DNA of 64,000 bases from Trichoplax sp. H2 (lineage: Eukaryota): NCBI GenBank assembly GCA_003344405.1, contig NOWV01000003.1, positions 434,001 through 498,000 on the forward strand. Direction: 5' to 3'. Shown piece after piece: positions 58,201 through 64,000 of the stretch. Position numbers and translations under genes: made by a program. Every line of letters begins with the position of its first letter. The first letter of the stretch is position 1. The notes under the pieces were generated by a model. The model was not told the origin of the DNA. It saw only the letters and a list, made by a program, of their open reading frames with translations, and did not search any database.

Positions 58201-61200
58201 CCATTTATTGCATTATCTAATAAAAAGAATAGCGAATTATGTTTAAAATTCATATTTACAATTTTTAATATCAACTGTGATACGATAGCATTACTGTAAT
58301 CACTTTGTCTCACCGATCATACATTCTACAATTTTGAATTGATATAATTGATTTCCGTAGCATATTAGTGAAATATAATGTAGAATATCTTCGAATGTGA
58401 TGGCTACGTATTTATAAATCATCTTGCTTCAAGTAGATACATAATGCTAAAGTAACAGCAACGAAAACTTGAAACATACCCATATACATAGTACTAGTTC
58501 ATCTGAATAATTAATAGGTGACTCTTTACCATTAAATCACTTTCTTATGTTAAATATATATTACTATTTATAAGACGACACGCCTCCAAACTATTTTTAG
58601 GTTAGCAATTAAAGGATTAAATTGCAACTGTAATCAATTAGTATATTATAAATATTTAAAACTATTATTTAAAGAAATTTTTATATACTGTATGTTACAT
58701 GCAACCATTTACGAAAACGATAATAATCTTTTATTATCCAGTACTTCTTTTTATCGATTTTTTTAGCAATATTACCTTTACAAATAGCAGCTATTTCTGG
58801 CAATCCAATAGAATTTAACCACAAAGAAACATCGTCTGAGTTCATTGATTTGATAGGAATACTAATTTTTCGGTTCATGGATGTATGCGACTATTATGAG
58901 CGAACACACTTTATTATATATAATCCATTGGACATTTTGATAATATACCTAGCATGACGTTTTTATGTACATTGCGGTGATTTTCTATATTACCTTATCA
59001 TCTACTTCAGTTGATTCAAGATTCAAATCCTTATCGTGATCTTCTGTTATTTGACATATACATAAAAAGAAACAATTATAAATGCAGGCCCATACTATTT
59101 ATTGATTTACTTAGTAACAATTTTAATTATTATGATTGGATTTGTGAGAAACTCAAGATACCGTAAATTAAATTACTCTTTTGACTATTTTAATTCATTG
59201 CTGTAATGCGTCATACTATTCAGTGCACATAAACAAAAAAATTACATTACCATTTTGTATGGATTCTATTTCTTCTTGATAATGGTCATATATACTACCA
59301 ATAGTAGGTATTTCATGATCTTGTTGCTCCGATATTGGATTTCTAATTTGATAGTTACTGGCTTCATTGGTAGATAATTGTAATGGATGTTCTTTAATAA
59401 CTGAATTTTCCAACGGCAATTCAGAATTGAAATTTTTTAGCTTGGGCGTAGCTTCGTTAAGTTGGGAATCCTGTTTATTTATTCCATCATCTAACGACTG
59501 ATTGAAATAATTAGCAAACGGTTCGTTAGATTGCTGGTATAATAGGTCATTATCTGATCGATCCAATTCTGAGGTAGATATATCAGATGAATGTTGTTGG
59601 TACGGCGAAATACTTTGGGATATGATGCCATCAAGAGGAATTACTCCACGAGTTGCTTCTGACGAATAACGTGAAAATTTATTAGTTGAATCTATTTCTA
59701 AAGAAGGTAGCGTTTTATCTAATTCGTTTTGGGAAGCTAATTCTGGTAGATCTATAGCAAGATCCGGTGGGCTTTGCTGATCATTGTTAATGGTTTTTTT
59801 CTCTATAAAGTCATTTACTAAGTGGGATTTAGGTTCAATAGTTTGAATATCATGATTCGGTTCTGCTGAGCTATCACGATTTGATTGTGACATAGATTTA
59901 ATATATCGATTCGGCTTAGGTGGGATCTTGATCAGCGGATCAATGGTTTCATCCGGGACCGGACTGAGTGTTTGATTACTTTCAACATTAGTTTCTTTTG
60001 ACAGCTCGTTCACAGTAGGGGACTCAGATTTAGCAGATACTTTATCCCGCACGGGGATGTCTTCCGATGTATTGGTATTAAATGGATCATGAGAAAGTTG
60101 ATGAGGTGACCGTGGAGATGATAGCGGAACATAATAATATTTGTCATCAATCAGCAATAACTGTCCCGCAACTGTAGCATTAGGATGGCGCAGAGCATCG
60201 TCGTCGGGCTCTAGAGAAGAAATAACTTCGTATGATGGATTTTTAACAGCAATATTTCGCGATACACATGTATAATCGTTAGAAACAGGGTCTGGCGCTA
60301 CTTCACCATTATCTGTCGTTGTTGTTGCTGATCGTGCATCTTTCTTAGAACTGGAAAAGGATTGATTTTGCTTTTGGGTATTGGATGATAACCTCGCCAT
60401 TCTTTTTTGATGTCTTTTATCTTTAGCGTCATCAACTTTATTAAAGAATAGGCCAAACCTTCTCGCTGCTATAGCTGCTGCTTCCGCTCCGGCTGATGCA
60501 GCGACTGTTGCTAAGTCTTTGCGATTCTCATTGTTAAAACGTAGTATAACATTCTCTAAATGAATAGTGCTCTCCTGAGATACATCGTCTCCTTTAACTT
60601 TTTTAGGGATCGTTGGAAATGTCTTTTTGGCTCGGCGGCTGCTTTCATCCTTACCTTTAGTGTTATTATTGTCATCTACTTTGAAATTACTTTTCTTCTG
60701 AGAACTTGGCAATTCATTCTCTGGAAGAGAAGGTTTCTTTATTACGGATAAGCCTTTGTTATCCTTTACAGGAATAAAATGAAATGATTAAGATCAATTG
60801 TGAAACACAGTTATATCATGCAGGAGTTTGGGTTAATAATATTTAAACGTACTGATATCAGAATACATACCGAATCTAAAGTCTTGTTGTATTCAGAGTT
60901 TGGTTTAGTAGCTTGATTGGATGTATTTTCATTTGATGTCGGAGACTGGTTAGGTGCAGATTTATCAGATTGTTCGCTAGCAGTCCTCTTAACAGATAAA
61001 TCTGTTGGAACAGATTTCATATCGGCCTGAGGTGCCTTACTAGGTGGTGGAGTTTCTGGTAACGGAGGGGCTATCTCTGTTTGAGGACTGATTGCTATCG
61101 GTTTTCGTTCCTTTTTAGTTAAATCACTAATAGAGCTCATTTCTGAAGCTTTACTAGCAGGCTTAGGATAGACAAGCGATACCTGAAACAGAAATTGAAC

Positions 61201-63886
61201 TGTAACGTAACAATATTAAGAAATATTGGTAAAACGGCCGTATCAGTTGATCTACCCGTAAACCCTATTCATCCTATGGAGGAACGGTAACAATTTATAG
61301 TATTTAGCAAAATTACCTCTTCTTTCGATTTTTCGACAGGTTTAGGCTTATTTTTTATTAATTCACTTCTTAGTTTCATAATTTTATCCATAATTTTATC
61401 TCTTAACATCGCATATCTTACTCCAATTTGTTCTATATAAACAGATGTTCAGGATTGTTTAATTCTGTTAACTAAGCGTTGCTAACGTAGACTAGCATCT
61501 ATTTATGCGTACTAATTCGGTAGAAGCTATCCTTTAGTTATTATACTTTGAATTTCAATAATTATAACTAACTATTCGTGATTGTAATCTTGATTTCTTC
61601 TAAGTCAAAATCGCGAATTCTTAATATTAAGAAATGTTTAAAGTTACGAATTACCCAATTTTTCCTTTGTCATTTTCTCAAGCTCCTTTCCATCGATTTT
61701 GTTAGCTATATAATATAAAAAGTACATCAAATTGTTATTGGTTGATCATTTATAAATGAAATTATTAGAAAGCAAGACTTATCATCTTTGAGCTACTTTA
61801 GTATGGGAATATGTTTCGTAAGACCTTCAAATGCGTACATAAAGTCGTTTTGACAATTTCATAGCCAACACAAAAATTTTTAAAAATTTGTTGGAACAAT
61901 CAGAATTATCATCAGAATATTATATAATACACCTATAAAATCTTTAGGTAGCAACAAAATAATAGAATATTTCTATTGTAATAAATAGAATATTTCGTGC
62001 TTCATAAAGACTCTCATCGTAACTCCTCTCTTAGAAATATCTGATGCAGATATATGCTCGTATGAGGAGAATTTCAGTAGAAAATACGAAGTCATCTTGG
62101 TTCGTTATATATTGAGTCTTCACTCTTTATAAAGTTTATATCTATGTTTGCTCTTGTGTATGCTGTATATCTATATTTGTTCACGTCTACAGTTAGTGAA
62201 GGCGCTATGCAATGCAATTGTTGTGATAATTTTCCAATTCTACAATAAACTACCTAATTTTTATGAGTATACATACGGACTGACGATGCAACGATAAAAT
62301 GAAAATGTTTTGCGCTAAGCTGAAGACATTTGAGAAAATTTATCAAGATAATTTTAAGGTCAAATACTTTCATAGAAGACATAATAGTGGTAATACCAAT
62401 TAAAATATGTTAAATTAAAACTGACGATATGATAATACGTATCGATATAAATATATATACAGTACATGTTTCGCAATTAACAGGGTATCGTACTCACTCG
62501 TAAATCGTCGTTTCATAGCATCTAAACCCACACTTGTTAACCAGTTTCCTACATCAGAAGGTGTCCATTGAATAAGAGGTTTATCTATGTTTAGTTTGGG
62601 ACACTCTTGAGAAGAATCGCTAAATGGACTAACAGCCGAACGAAAAGGAGAGTAACTACTAGATTGGCTACCAGAACTTAAAGGACTTCCAATATTACTG
62701 CGAACCGAAGCAGTATTTACAGTAGTATTAGCCTTTATTAGGTCTTGCTTTTCATTAGCAACATTTGCATCGATTTGTTCTGCTTTCTCAACCAATTGAG
62801 ATGGTATAAGTGGGGGAGGGGAGGACGGTAATTTAGGTGGTACCATTGGATCATCAACTGAGTCTACAGTTTGATGCGACGGTAGCAACGATGGTACAAG
62901 TGATTCTAAGTCCGGCGTCGGTTTTGACGATACATTATCACCTTCATTGTGAACTGAAGAGAAATTAGCATCCTCATTAGGATCAGCCTTGAATGACGGC
63001 TGATAATTGTTTTCCTCTATTTCAGTAGTTCCTTTGGAATGATGAGTGTCTGTGTTATGTTGTTGATGTATTTCTTCTTGCGGATCTTTCTTATCAAAAT
63101 GTTGAATATTATTATCTTGCGTTGTTGTCAAAGACTCCAAAGACGGCGATATAGATACTACTCCTTCGTGCTGCTGCAATTGATATTGATTTTTATTGTT
63201 TTCATCACCATTCATGATTATACTTTCATCAGCATTAATTTCATATGGTTGCTGTGAAGGCGAGTTCTCGAGATATATCTCGCTCGCTATCGGAGCTGCT
63301 GATTTATCTAAGTCCACGTTCTCACGATATTGTGCTCGTCTTTGAGACAGTCTCTCTAGTGAACTACCAGAATGAGATCGCGCATGATTTGCTAAATTTT
63401 TGTGATTATCATCATCATTAAAATGATGCTTTTGAGTTGATAATGTGAACGGTTTATAACGTCGTCGTAATTGCTTATTATCTGTACCAAGGTCGGATTG
63501 TGTTCGTAAGCGTAACAGATTACTAGAATTATTATTTCGTGTATTATCAGCTGAATTTCCTAGAGTCGGATTATCATGATTTGGTAGAGCTCGTAAATGA
63601 CTGTAATTTCGAGCTAATGATAGATCAGTTAATGGTGACGTTCGTAACTTATCTGCGAAAGTAGGCAATTGATTATTAGGGCGAAAATCATTCTTGGATT
63701 TATCTTCCTGATATTCATGACTTTCTTGGTCTGTCTTTAATCGATGAGATAATCTTAATGAATGCCGACCTATGCTTGATAGTCTAGGTAGATTGCCTGA
63801 GACGTTATCGTTGTCGTTGTCATGAAGACCGTCACGATCATTCGTAACTTGATAACCCTTTTTGCTTTGAAACGCCGGGGATGTTT
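52223..63886 (-). CDS. Large multidomain scaffold: 2x SAM, 2x RA (Ras-association), coiled coil, C-terminal Rab11-FIP-type RBD; 5' end beyond the window
   Basis: SAM1: WTPSDVGNWLTSVGL..NKIDGKEL..EQIGV. SAM2: MNSDDVSLWLNSIGL..NAINGKDI. RA1: LLRIDA..SYKGFKV..QVIENLLEKY..DPKTY..ELNFDDYPL..W..FELKRK. RA2: TYEVSTSTTAKEII..DWCLVE..RIFDEEEC. The last exon 52366-52223 encodes NELIKDLQRKEREKEFLQVYVNNILSVICEEAPQLLE. Exon structure around the 53436 gap is uncertain. Confidence 0.75.
53212..54034 (+). other. Second gap-associated duplication (53212-53435 vs 53811-54034)
   Basis: A near-identical 224-bp block ends at the 20-N gap 53436-53455 and recurs after 355 bp of unrelated sequence. Confidence 0.8.
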
Positions 63887-64000
63887 CTAAATCGACATGG
63901 TAACATTTCGGAAGATATCAGTAAAGTAATTGTCTTTGCAAGTAAATAAAACGTTATGGTAGAAAGAAGAACAGCTAGCTCAGCTAAAATCATCCTTGTT

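Overview
AT-rich, gene-dense animal genomic DNA with many short GT-AG introns. Composition, compactness and gene content suggest an early-branching metazoan, most likely a placozoan such as Trichoplax (inference). Eleven intron-containing genes were reconstructed by hand: KSR (+, 5'-truncated), ERMARD (-), a small PPxY/Cys-rich PH-like protein (+), the selenoprotein TXNRD2 (+, with SECIS), a Brambleberry/GEX1/KAR5 homologue (-), GNB1L (+), HSCB (-), AIFM3 (+), RNF34/RFFL (-), THOC5 (+), and a large 5'-truncated SAM-SAM-RA-RA-coiled-coil-FIP-RBD protein (-). The main points of interest are five. (1) An intronic H/ACA snoRNA in THOC5 whose pocket fits a conserved 28S rRNA site. (2) Degenerate palindromic TACAG/CTGTA arrays concentrated at the 5' intergenic regions. 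(3) A family of CA(T/G)GGACTA-ended inverted-repeat elements with ~7-bp target duplications inside those regions. (4) An unusual scaffold with RA domains and a Rab11-FIP-type C-terminus. (5) A gene set whose human homologues cluster on 22q11-12, 12q24 and 17q11-12. Two 20-N gaps are flanked by duplicated sequence, probably uncollapsed haplotypes.
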